Positions 51,097 through 63,451 are shown, counted from the stretch's first letter. The stretch: DNA of 64,000 bases from Octopus vulgaris (GCA_951406725.2 OX597823.1:5766001-5830000), one strand, 5' to 3'. Notes: generated by a model not told the origin, from the sequence alone. Program-made: numbers and translations.

Positions 51097-51497
51097 GGCG
51101 GAGGAGTGGCTGTGCGGTAAGTAGCTTGCTTACGAACCACATGATTCCGGGTTCAGTCCCACTGCGTGACACCTTGGACAAATGTCTTCTACTATAGCCT
51201 CAGGCTGACCAAAGCCTTGTGAGTGGATTTGGTAGACGGTAACTGAAAGAAGCCCGTTGTATATATGTGTGTGCGTATGTGTGTGTATTTGTTTGTGTGT
51301 CTGTGTTTGTCCCCCCCAACATCGCTTGACAATCAATGCTGGTGTGTTTACGTCCCCATAACTTAGCGGTTTGGCAAAAGAGACCGATAGAATAAGTACT
51401 GGGCTTACAAAGAATAAGTCCTGGGGTTGATTTGCTCGACTAAAGGAGGTGCTCCAGCATGGTCACTGTTACATGACTGAAGCAAGTAAAAGAGTAA
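51097..51497 (+). mobile_element. Full-length SINE family A
   Basis: ggcggaggagtggctgtgcggtaag ... gcaagtaaaagagtaaa. Confidence 0.9.
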
Positions 51498-52428
51498 ATG
51501 GATCATTCATATGGAATTGTTTGTTTTCAGTTCTCCAAATAAACCTCTCCATATTGTTCATTGCTCAATAGACTGGGGGAGGGGGTATTACTACTTCATT
51601 TGGAAACAAGTGGTGGGGTTAGCATCAGGAAGAGCATCCAGCTGTAGAGACTCTGCTCCAGTGTAGTCTTGTTCGACACATGCAAGCATGGAAGAATGTA
51701 TTTTAAAACGAATAATAAGATGGAGATGATGGGGATGTGTCCAGTAAGTTTGAGGGCCCAGCACCTTCAAAAGACCCAACAGCTACACTCATCTTGAACT
51801 TGCAAGCTTCTTTAAAATCCAGTATTGGCTTTGAGAGCTTTTATGTGACTACGTGACTTCCTAGAAAGAGTAGTCAAGTCAAATGACATCCTACTAAATT
51901 AAAAATAAGAAAAGACACATTAGGTAATGTAGTTCAGGGTCAACAATAAACTGTGAAAAGATGGGATGGCCATGGATAGAATACTTTTGATCAAAGATCC
52001 ACTCAATGAGAGTCTGCCTGGTGCTAAACAACAATAGCAAAGTGTCCAATCACGAGCCCAACAGGAGAGTATCTATGTGGTCTCTTGATTTGCTAGAAAT
52101 AGCACCCAGACGGTCATGGCTAGAAATATCTTTGATTATTGAGTCCACTCAATCAGAGTAATCCTAGGGCTAAATAGCTGTAGCAACAACAACGACAAGA
52201 TAGAACTGAAAAACAAATAGACCCCACCTTCTTGACAACCTGAAGACAGTAAATAAACCCCAAGTCATTTGGCTGCTTGCCCCTCCCTCTCCCCCCTCCT
52301 CTCCAAATAGACTCTCCCTGAATGTTTGTTCTTTAAATTATGGCAGAAATACTACAGCAAGGTGGTGTTAACCAAACACACAGGTGACATCAAATACTTT
52401 GAATAATCTCAGTCCCCCCTCTCCCTTA

Positions 52429-52472
<44 letters not shown>

Positions 52473-52801
52473 GGACATGTATATATATATATATATGTTG
52501 TGGTGGTGGTGGTGGTGGTGCTGCTGCTTTTTATCTCGTTAATTAACGAACATTCCCCTCTTGCACCTTGCCAACAACTTGAGGAGCAGGAAAAAGAAAG
52601 AAAATGAAAAATGACGAGAAAACGGATTGCAGAAAAGTTTAGAAGACAACTGGAAAACCACCTCCTCCTCCTCCTCCTCCACCACCACCACCACCACCAC
52701 CACCACCACCACCACTACTACTACTACTACTACAGACCAACATAAAATTGCCTCACCCCCAAAGGTGAAATAAAACTGATGGTGCATGTATGTATGCTTG
52801 A

Positions 52802-52872
<71 letters not shown>

Positions 52873-53595
52873 CTTGAGTGTGTGTGTGTGTGTGTCTATA
52901 CACACATGAACATATTTACATATTTTACATAATGCAAACTATACACTCATGCATCTTCTGTGTATGTGTGTATGCTTGTGTATATGTAATTGTGTGTACA
53001 CGTGCATATGCTTATGTATTCAAATCTGTGTGTGTATATGTGTGTGTTCATGTGAATATATAGAGATGCAATATGACCAAACAGTTAAGAAGTTTACTTT
53101 GTAATTACAAGGTCCCAGGTTCAATCCAACTACATAGCATCTCGGACAAATGTCATCTTCTATGGCCCCTGCTCAACCCATGCCTTATAAGGGAAATTGC
53201 ATTGATGGAAACTGTATGGAATCCTGTTGGATTGTATCTATAATTTAGAAAGTACTCCCTGAAACTTGGGTGTATGGCCCCTACATCCTCCTCATCCCAT
53301 CTTCACCATCTTTCCCTACCCTCTCTCTATCCCTCAATGCTACTCTCCCCTCAGTCAAGGGGTCTTGTCCTGCAAGTTACTTGCTGATCTCAGTCACCTT
53401 TACCAGAGCCACGTAAAAAGCACCCAGTACCTTCTATAAAGTTGTTGGCATTTGAAAAGGGCAGCCGCTTTTAGCACCCATGCCAAAACAGACAGCAGGC
53501 ATTGATGCAGTCTTCTCACTTCACAGTTCCTGTCAAACCGTCCTGCCCATGCCAGCATAAGAAATGGATGTTAAATGATATAAAAAAAAAATAAA

Positions 53596-53844
53596 TGTTC
53601 CTTCTCGAGCCATGCCAGGCTCATAAGGGCCGGTTTCCCGGTTTCAGTGGCGTTGAAATTCCCCACCTGGATGGGACGCCAGTCTGTCGCAGGATGACTA
53701 ATTTTTGCCAGCTGAGTGGACTGGAGCAACGTGAAAATGAAGTGTTCTGCTCAAGAACACAACGCGTCGCCCGGTTCAGGAATCGAAACCACAACCATAC
53801 GATCATGAGTTCAACACACTAACCATTAAGCCACACACCTCCAC
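53596..53844 (-). mobile_element. tRNA-derived SINE (head type 2 + tail A), inserted in an RTE tail
   Basis: Tail (tgttccttctcgagccatgccaggctcataagggccggtttcc) is the reverse complement of the 548-822 tail; atgttaaatgat duplicated on both sides. Confidence 0.85.
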
Positions 53845-54383
53845 ATGTTAAATGATGATGATGAGTCACACTGATTTTATTTGAGAATTACATGAAGAGT
53901 ACACGTCTTTGGAATACTCAACCAACTGCTTGTTAAATCCTCATCATTGAACAATGGAGACCCACCACCACCTTTTATATATATATCATGCTCTAATTTA
54001 GAGTTAAGAGTCTGTTAAAAATGATTATGCAATTTACAGAAGTTTCTTTTCATTTGAATTAAAAAGAAATCAATTAAACCTTAGCCCTCTACTTTAGAAT
54101 GGATGAATTGCAGTTAATTACAATTTTGGTATATTTTCTCTTTTCTATTTTTTTCATTTGCATTAAGATTATTTTAAGGGTACTCAACCATTAGACTGTT
54201 AATTCAGGGGCAGGTAATTCAGTTAATCAGACCATTGAATTCTCATCTTCAAACAACGGATATCCACCATGGATATCTGAATATGAATACTGATGCGAGC
54301 GTGTTTGGGTATGTGTAGGCATTCATCTATGCTTGCATATGGAGATCTGTTTGCATATGTGTATGCATGTGAACATGTATGTA

Positions 54384-54433
<50 letters not shown>

Positions 54434-55726
54434 TGGGCATGGCTGTGTGGTTAAGAAGCTTGCTTCCCAGTCATAAAGTCTTGGCTTCAGTCCCACTGCA
54501 AAGCACCTTGGGCAAAAGCCTTCTACTAAAGGGGATCCAGCTGTAGAAATCTAGCCCAAGTCAGACTGGAGCCTGGTACAGCTCTCCAGCTTACCACTTC
54601 CATTGAAACCATCCAACCCATGCCAGCATGGAAAACAGACAATAAATGATGATGATGATGATTATATATGTAAACTCTCTCCCTCTCTCTCTCTCCCCCA
54701 TCTCTCCCTCTCCCTCTCTCCCCCCTCTCTCTCACATCTTACCCTAACCCTAACTCCACCTCTTGGGCAAAGATGCTTTAGATTTGGTAGGAAAGCGGGA
54801 TGGTAACGAGCCTCTTTATAAAGGACAGCATTTTGGTACACACACACACACATGCATCTGTGCATTTACACACACACACACATACACAAATGTACACATA
54901 CTTATAGTTGTACTTGTATTTATACAGATAAACATAGCTGTACACACAAGAAAATTGGCAAAGTTGCTAGAGAGGCAGACAGAATGCTTCGTGGTATTTG
55001 TTCTGATTCTCTATACTCCAAGTTCAAATCCCACTAATGTCAGCTTAACACTTTCACCCTTTCAGGGTAGATAAAGAAAGGGTACCACTCCAACAGAGTG
55101 GATTGGCAAAACTGTATGAATATCAGACCTGATACCTTGTGGTATTTGTTCTGGATCTTCTGTTCTTAGTTCAGGTCCTGCTTTGGCCTACTTGGTGGGA
55201 TCGACTCAATCCATAACCTGATTTAACATAACCACCTGGCCCTTTGCATGCTTTGGCAGGGTCCACTCTGTTGCAAGACGCATTCAGAACAGGTCTCTGG
55301 TTTGAAAGTATCCTCCCTCTCCCCCTTCAATAGTCTGGGATGCCTTGTAAAGGGTCATCGGCATGGCTATCTCTTCTGATTTAAAGATAATACAGACACG
55401 CACACACAGATGTGTGTGAGCGTGTGTAAGATTATTGAAGATTAAAAAATGCACTTTGGATGCTACCACAGGATATGCTATTTATATACACATACACACA
55501 CATATACATACGTGTGTGTGTGTATAATTTGTATGTGCATACATAGACCTATGTAAGTGTATGTCTGTGGGTGGTAGGGTGTCTGCTAAGCTCACAACAT
55601 AACCGTTTATTTTAATGCCTTCTGTGTTGATTTGTTACCCTTTTCTGCTACCATACCATACACCAGTTTTTGCCTCTGTCTCATTAGATAGACAAGCAAA
55701 CACACACTCACACACACACACTCACA

Positions 55727-55780
<54 letters not shown>

Positions 55781-56493
55781 TGGGGAGAGAGGGAGAGAGA
55801 AGGGCTGCAAAATTGTGTAGGAGTGTGTGAGGGAGAGATCAACAGAATTTTCGAATAAGGGAGTGAAGGGCATAGTCCCTACCCCTTTCCCTACTGGCTC
55901 AGATGGGGCTGGGTTGAGAATATTGCCTTCAGACTTGCTCAATCTCTCCCAAGAAAGCCAGCTGCCTACCATTATGTTCTTTATTGAGATAATGTTAGAA
56001 TGTCAGCTTATAACTGACTTTGCTTCTGCTCCCGCTGCTGTCCACACACATTTTGTTTCTCTTTGTCCACACAATCTCTTGTCTTTCTTCTCTTTCTTGC
56101 CCCATCAGCTCCATCTCCGCTTGGACAAAAAATGCGGTAAAATGGTATCAAAAGTGGGACGGGTGGTGGGGGGACAGTATTTTGGTACATGGAGACTGGT
56201 TGACTAGTTGGAATGGATTTAGAAATATCTCTTAAAACGCGGACTAATACACCTCTCCTTCATCAAAGCTGTGTGTATATATATGTGTGTATATCTGTGT
56301 ATGTGTATGATACATGCACACACACACATTATATAACATGTATATTGTATATATGCAAATGTATAATATATATTTATGTATATATGTGTGTGTGTATATA
56401 TATATATACATTCATATATGTGTGTGTGTATGTATATGTATATATGTGTGTGTGTATGTGTATATATGTGTGTATGTATATATATGTGTATAA

Positions 56494-56871
56494 TCTTTGG
56501 ATTTCTGGTCTGCTCCACCATTGACTCAACAACATTCATATATACATACACACACACATGGCCACAGTGAAATGACTGAAACAAATAAAAGAATATATAT
56601 ATATGTATGTATATGTATGTATATATATATGTATGTATATGTATGTATATATATATATATATATGTATATGTATATACATATGTGTATGTATATGCATAT
56701 ATGTATATGAGTATATCTGTATACATATACATACATATACACACACACACACATACATACATATATATATATTCTTTTATTTGTTTCAGTCATTTGACTG
56801 TGGCCATGTGTGTGTGTATGTATATATGAACATTGTTGAGTCAGTGGTGGAGCAGACCAGAAATCCAAAGA
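56494..56871. repeat. Large inverted duplication (~110-bp unique arms + microsatellite centre)
   Basis: tctttggatttctggtctgctccaccattgactcaacaa... mirrored by ...ttgttgagtcagtggtggagcagaccagaaatccaaaga. Confidence 0.9.
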
Positions 56872-57100
56872 GAGGCGTCTAAACAAGTTACATATACAAC
56901 TGCAGAGCTAACAGTTGTATCTCAGAGATTCAAAACTTAAGCAAAGAAACTCCCCCTTTCACTGTAAAGAGTATAAAGAAATTGCATTGGCAAGGAGTTC
57001 TTGTTTTGGCCAGTCACTGGTTCAATAAACCTTTAGGTGAAATTTGAAATCTCAGTGTGTGTGTGTAGGTTTTAGTATATTCGTGTTTGCTGTTGCTTAC

Positions 57101-57168
<68 letters not shown>

Positions 57169-57462
57169 TTACATTCACTTGCATACATACATATTCTAAA
57201 TTTAATTGCTGTTTGCTATTGTTGCTGCAACAGAATTAGTTGTTTTTTGTTTAAAACTTTGAAAAAAAAAAAAAAAGACCTGTTTCAGAAATAGCTGTCT
57301 TATTCCATTCTTCATGTTTCTCTGTCGGACCTATAAAGTGTCTTTTGATGTGACGGCTGTCAAAAGGCAGACCACATACCCTATAGGGGTGGTCTTAGCA
57401 TAGACATATTTTTATATATATTTATATATATATTCGCATATAAATATTCTCATATAAATATT

Positions 57463-57505
<43 letters not shown>

Positions 57506-57510
57506 GTGTA

Positions 57511-57546
<36 letters not shown>

Positions 57547-57619
57547 TGTGTGTGTATTTGTTAGGTTGGTATGCAGATGTGTCTGTTTGTATGCATGTGT
57601 GTGTGTGCACGTGGCTGTG

Positions 57620-57928
57620 GTACTCCGTCAGTTACAATGATAAGTGTTTCAGTTGAGCTGATCCACGGAACAGCCTGCTCATGAAATAATGTAAGTGGCT
57701 GAGCGCTCCACAGACACATGTACCCTTAATGTAGTTTTCAAGGAGATTCATTGTAACACACCAAATGTGACAAGGCTGGACCCTTTGAATTACAGGTATG
57801 ACTACTAATTTTTGCCAGCTGAATGGACTGGAACAACGAGAAATAAAGTCTCAATGAACTACTGGGAATTGAACTCATAACTTTGCGATCATGGGCTGAA
57901 CTCTAACAACTGTTCCACCTACCTTCAC
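57620..57928 (-). mobile_element. tRNA-derived SINE (head type 2 + tail B)
   Basis: Reverse complement of 12683-13000. Confidence 0.8.
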
Positions 57929-57950
57929 ATCATACATACAAAACCACATT

Positions 57951-58347
57951 CTTTTCTTCTCTAGGCACAGGGCCTGAAATTTTTGCAGAGGGGGCCAGTC
58001 GATTAAATTGACCCCAGTATGCAACTGGTACTTAATTTAGCGAACCTGAAAGAATGAAAGGCAAAGTTGACCTCGGTGGAATTTGAACTCAGAACGTAAA
58101 AACAGACAAAATACCTATTTCTTTATTGCCCACAAGGGGCTAAACATAGAGTGGACAAACAAGGACAGACAAAGGGATTAAGTCGATTACATCAACCCCA
58201 GTGCAACTGGTACTTAATTTAGCGAACCTGAAAGAATGAAAGGCAAAGTTGACCTTAGTGGAATTTGAACTCAGAACGTACAAACAGACAAAATACCACT
58301 AAGCATTTCGCCCGGTGTGCTAACGTTTCTGCCAGCTTGCTGCCTCA
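57951..58347 (-). mobile_element. Dimeric SINE family B (two bodies, two different tails) in one TSD
   Basis: 15-bp TSD atacaaaaccacatt (57936-57950 and 58348-58362). Confidence 0.88.
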
Positions 58348-59714
58348 ATACAAAACCACATTGCACGGGTTTTGGGGTTAAACCAGGTAACAGTGATGAA
58401 TAAGCACAGGCAGAGCTCTTTCCCCAGCCTCTCTAGGCTCTTCTCTATTGCTTATCTGATGGAATAACTTCAGGAAGCTATCTTCCAATTTTATTTTTAT
58501 CTAAGGGGTGGTAGGCATAGCTGCATAGTTAAGTAGTTTGCTTCTGAATTCAGTTTTACTGTGTGGCACCTTGGACAAATGTCTTCTACCATTTTCTTTT
58601 GTCTGACCAAAGCTTTGGTCGTGGATTTGGCAGGTAGAAATTGAAAGAGTGTGTGTATGTGTGCCTTTGTTTTACATTTGCATACTATCAAAGTCACGGG
58701 CTCCCAGCTCACAGTTCTCTATCTTCTCCACTTAGTAACTTCACTTTCAAGTTAACACAAAACCTCTGTATGGCTACTTTATCTACTAGAAATAGCTGTT
58801 GAATATTCCTCAAATAACAGCCTCTCTCTTGATAAAAACAAAAAGTCTTCACATTGGCTAATGTAGTTCAGGGTACACTATGCCAGGAACAAAATGAAAG
58901 TTAGGATGAACATGACTGGTATACCTCAGAATATACATCTGCTAGAAATAGCAGGCAAATCTTCTTCAAATGACACCCTGTTAATTTAAAGAAAATGGTC
59001 ACATTGGAAAATGTAGTCCAGGGTACAGTGTGCCAGGGATAAAAGAAAATAAATAGTGAGAGAATGATCATAGCTGGTGTGGTACCTCAGCCCATACACT
59101 TGCTCCAAGTTGAGCTAAACAACAGCAGCGTCAACAACAACATTAATCTCTACCTCGTTAGCTATACTAATTAATCAGTGTTCTAATGTTACGTACCCCA
59201 CCTCGTTCCACTTCTGTGACCAAATGATCTAAATTTCAATACCGAGAGATATCAGCCCCTTCTCTCTACTTTAATATGGCGTTAACTAGATAGCTGCCAA
59301 TTTCTAGAGCATGGCCTGAAATCTTTCCCTTTCCCTCTCAGCCTCTTTCTCTTTCTTCTTCTCTTCTACCCTCTCTCTCTCTCTCTCTCTCTCCCTCCTC
59401 TTTCTTTACACGAAATATGTATATCTATCTATTTACCTACTCACCTACACACACACGTATTCATCACCATTATTTAATGACCATGCTCCAAGCTGGTGCA
59501 AGTAGAACAGTCTAACAGAATCCGATGGGTCCAAGGACTGCCTCCTATCCCGTGTATGCCTTGGCATGGTTTCTATGGCTGGATGCTCTTCCTCATGACA
59601 ACCACTTTACAACGTAGACTGGGGCTTTTTGTGTCACCAACACTTGTGACATCATTGTATATATATATATATAAGTGTGTGTGTGTAGAAGGTTGAAAAG
59701 GAACACACAAGTTG

Positions 59715-59909
59715 ATATATATATATAAGGAAAAAGTCAAGGTAGAAAATGCTAAAATAATTAAATAGAAAGTTTTCCTTTAATTTTTCCAAAATTTAAT
59801 TGCTTTCCACACTTACAGTTGAAAAAGTCTCAATGACCGAAACTGGTACTGAAATGTTTTTTTATAAAATTATTTTAGCATTTTCTACCTTGAATTTTTC
59901 CTTATATAT
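59715..59909. mobile_element. Palindromic TA-flanked element with central degenerate hammerhead
   Basis: ~42-bp arms atatataaggaaaaagtcaaggtagaaaatgctaaaataatt and reverse complement; centre cag-TTGAAAA-agtc-tcaat-gacc-GAAA-ctg-GTA-ctg (59816-59851). Confidence 0.65.
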
Positions 59910-60757
59910 CATCATCATCATCATCATTTAGCGTCCGTTCTCCATGCTAGCATGGGTTGGACGGTTCAACTGGGGTCTGTGAAGCTGGAAGGCTTCATCA
60001 GGCCCAGTCAGATCTGGCAGTGTTTCTACGGCTGGATGCCCTTCCTAACGCCAACCACTCCGTGAGTGTAGTGGGTGCTTTTTACGTGCCACCTGCACAG
60101 GTGCCAGACAGAGCTGGCAAACGGCCACGAACGGATGGTGCTTTTACGTGTCACCGGCACGGGGCCAGGCGAGGCTGGCAACGGACACGAACGGATGGTG
60201 CTTTTACGTGCCACCAACACGGGGGCCAGACAGAGCTGGCAAACGGCCACGAAACGGATGGTGCTTATACGTGTCACCGGCACGGGGGCCAGGCAAGGCT
60301 GGCAACGGACACGAACGGATGGTGCTTTTACATGTCACCGACATGGGGGCCAGACAGGGCTGGCAAACGGACACGAACGGATGGTGCTTTTACGTGTCAC
60401 AGGCACGGGGGGCCAGACAGAGCTGGCAAACGGCCACGAACGGATGGTGCTTCTACGTGTCACCGGCACAGGGGTCAGACAGAGCTGGCAAACGGCCACA
60501 AACGGATGGTGCTTTTACGTGTCACCGGCACGGGGGCCAGGCCAGGCTGGCAACGAACACGAACGGATGGTGCTTTTACGTGCCACCTACACGGGGGCCA
60601 GACAGGGCTGGCAAACGGCTATGAACGGATAGTACTTTTACGTGTCACCTGCATGGGGGCCCTGATGTTGATCGACCTCAATTTGGTTTGATCTCGATTT
60701 TGACTGTTCTCACCGGGTTTTCTCACGCACAGCATACCTCCAAAGGTCTCGGTCACT
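59910..60757 (-). mobile_element. RTE LINE 3' end (last codons DRDLWRYAVREKTR*, 3' UTR, (GAT)n tail) with expanded 60-bp array
   Basis: Minus translation at ~60710-60755; tail catcatcat at 59910-59927. Confidence 0.85.
60070..60662. repeat. 60-bp GC-rich tandem array, about 10 units (acgaacggatggtgcttttacgtgtcaccggcacgggggccagacagagctggcaaacggcc)
   Basis: Direct reading; explains the repetitive ORFs at 59957-60691. Confidence 0.95.
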
Positions 60758-60821
60758 GACACACACACACCCACACATCCATCGATCGCTCGATCGGTCC
60801 ATCCATCGAGAACAAAGGCAC

Positions 60822-60935
60822 TCCCCCATTTTGACTGTTGCACACAACTCATGTCCATTTGTCTTTGCTCTAGCATCTCTGCAAGCTCACCTGACCTGCA
60901 TCTCATTATCCCAACATTTAGGCTGCTCTTCTAAA
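60822..60935 (-). pseudogene. RTE LINE AP-endonuclease N-terminal fragment
   Basis: SSLNVGIMRCRSGELAEMLEQRQMDMSCVQQSKWG (cf. TLNVGTM.GRS.EL..ML.RR.VD..CVQE.RW). Confidence 0.75.
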
Positions 60936-61238
60936 GTTTTGAACCTGATAGGAAGATTGGGGAAAGAGTTTCCAGCAACACTAAGTAGACTCCATTTGGT
61001 TCTTTGCAGCATTGGGTCTCTCTTTTGCCTTGTGAGATATAACATGCCTCCATCAGTGCTGGTGCCCAGGGAAAATGTACCCAGTACACTCTGGAAAGTG
61101 GTCGATGTTAGGAAAGGCAGCAAACCTTAGAAGCCATGCAAAGACTGAGACAATGGTCTTGTCAAACCATCCAACCTATGGCAGCATAGGAAACAAACAT
61201 AAAAGATGTTGACAATGTGTGTGTAGGTATGTGTGTAT

Positions 61239-61328
<90 letters not shown>

Positions 61329-61418
61329 CCTTTCAAAATGTGACCTTGTGTGTACCGTTGGCGATTTTTTTTTTTCTTTCCTCTGTCTTCCCTTCTCTGG
61401 ATCTTTCCTTCTCCTATA

Positions 61419-61451
61419 TTTCCGATGAAGTGCTCCACTCGAAACGTTAAA
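61419..61451 (+). ncRNA. Minimal hammerhead remnant in TA-flanked fragment (61326-61541)
   Basis: ttt-CCGATGA-a-gtgc-tcc-actc-GAAA-cg-TT-aaa; palindromic ACGU stem III; stem II has two mismatches. Confidence 0.5.
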
Positions 61452-62163
61452 CCCTCCTTCTTTCCTGAGCATCAAATAATACTATATTTGTTCCACATCC
61501 TCGCGTTGTGTTTTTTTGTGCTTTCTTGTTTGGATTAACTTTATATATATATATATGCACATTACAGTGGGGGACACTAAGAATGAATGCTCAGCACCAC
61601 ACACACACACACACACACATGCGTGTGCATATATGATTCATCCACATATTCTTTTATCCTTTTTCTTGTTTCAGTCATTTGACTGCGGCCATGCTAGAGC
61701 ACCACCTTTAGTTGAAGAAATTGACCCCAGGACTTATTCTTTGTGAGCCTAGTACTTATTCTATCAGTCACTTTTGCCAAACCACTAAGTTACAGAGATG
61801 TAAGCACACCAACATTGGTTGTCAAACGATGGTGGCGGGGACAAACACAGACACGGTGGCATGTAAAAAGCACCATTTGAGTGTGGTCATTGCCAGTGCT
61901 GCCTGGATCATTCCTGTGCTTGTGGCATGTAAACAGCACCATTCGAGCGTGGTTGTTGCCAGTGCCGCCTAACTGGGCCTATTGCTGGTGGCATGTAAAA
62001 AGCACCCACTACACTCTTGGCATTAGGAAGGGCATCCAGCTGTAGAAACCTTATCGGATCAGACTGGAGCCTGGTGCAGCTTCTGGTTTGCCAGTCCTCG
62101 GTCAAACCGCCCAACCCATCCCAGCATGGAAAGTGGATGTTAAATGACAATAATGATGGTGAT

Positions 62164-62198
<35 letters not shown>

Positions 62199-62489
62199 CA
62201 TACTTATAGATATATATACATATATATATACACAATGGGCTTCTTTCAGTTTCCATCTACCAAATTCACTCACAAGACCTTGGTTGGCCCAAGGCTATAG
62301 TGGAGAACATTTCCCTTAGGTGCCACACCATGGGACTGAACCACACAGCCACCCCTGTACCTGTATATGTACATATATGAACTAATAATCTAGAAATGAT
62401 ATGGTTTGTATAAAGAACCAAAGACAGAGACAGGTGAGAGAACAACAAATATGGTGTATTTTTTTGACGCTCAGGGAAAGTGGAAGAAG

Positions 62490-62528
62490 CCTTTGGTGTT
62501 TTGAGCCTACATGCGTCTACAGAAAGGA
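62490..62528 (-). ncRNA. Degenerate hammerhead-like remnant (CUGUNGA family)
   Basis: Minus strand: cttt-CTGTAGA-cgcat-gtag-gctc-AAAA-cac-ca-aagg; same family as 62972-63005. Confidence 0.3.
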
Positions 62529-62894
62529 ATGAGGAAAGAAAAAAGAACATTTCTGGATCAACTGTTGCAGAGGCTGAATTGACCGGAAGGAAGGAAGTGT
62601 CTGGAGACAAGGGTGACAAGGGAGAAATCAGTGACCTGGCTAAAAGGTGTGTGTATATGTGAAGTTAATGTGTGCTTGTGTATATGTGCGTATGGTTGAG
62701 CACATGTGTGTGTGTGTGTGTGAGGATGAAGATTATGTGAGCGTGTATATGTGTATATGAGCATGTATGTGTGTGTATGAGAGAACATATATGTGTACAT
62801 GTGTATGGGCCTGTGTGTGAGGCTATATATATATATTTGTTTGTTTGTACTCCACCTGCCTTCGTCTTTTGTTTATTTTCGTAAACCTTCCCGT

Positions 62895-62925
<31 letters not shown>

Positions 62926-62971
62926 CCACAAGTTTTTTTTTATTCTCTCTCTCTTTATTTCTTTGTGTTCC

Positions 62972-63005
62972 TTTCTGTTGAAGAGCGTAGGCTCCAAACA
63001 TAAAA
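62972..63005 (+). ncRNA. Hammerhead-like remnant with A6U core (CUGUUGA)
   Basis: ttt-CTGTTGA-a-gagc-gtag-gctc-CAAA-ca-TA-aaa in a TA-flanked fragment (62923-63100). Confidence 0.4.
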
Positions 63006-63099
63006 AACTTTCTCACCTTCCCAAGCGTCAAACTAATACACCTGTTTGTTGTTTATACACCTGTCTTCGTCTTTTGTTTTTCTGTAAATTTCAACTACA

Positions 63100-63138
<39 letters not shown>

Positions 63139-63162
63139 ATATATATATATATATATATATAA

Positions 63163-63388
63163 GCTCTTTTACTCTTTACTTGTTTCAGTCATTTGACTGT
63201 GGCCATGCTGGAGCACCGCCTTTTTTTTAGTCGAGTAAATCGCCCCCAGGACTTATTCTTTGTAAGCTTAGTACTTACTCTATCGGTCTCTTTTGATGAG
63301 CCACTAAATTATGGGGACGTAAACACACCAGCATCAGTTGTCAAGCGATGTTGGGGGGACAAACGCAGACAGACAAACATATACACAC

Positions 63389-63451
<63 letters not shown>

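Noticed and set aside
54740-54755. Telomeric (CCCTAA)n
   Set aside because: Only two units.
60070-60662. CRISPR-like array / 244-aa repeat protein
   Set aside because: The segments between conserved words are near-identical, not unique spacers. There are no cas genes and the context is eukaryotic. The ORFs arise from a stop-free 60-bp unit inside a LINE UTR.
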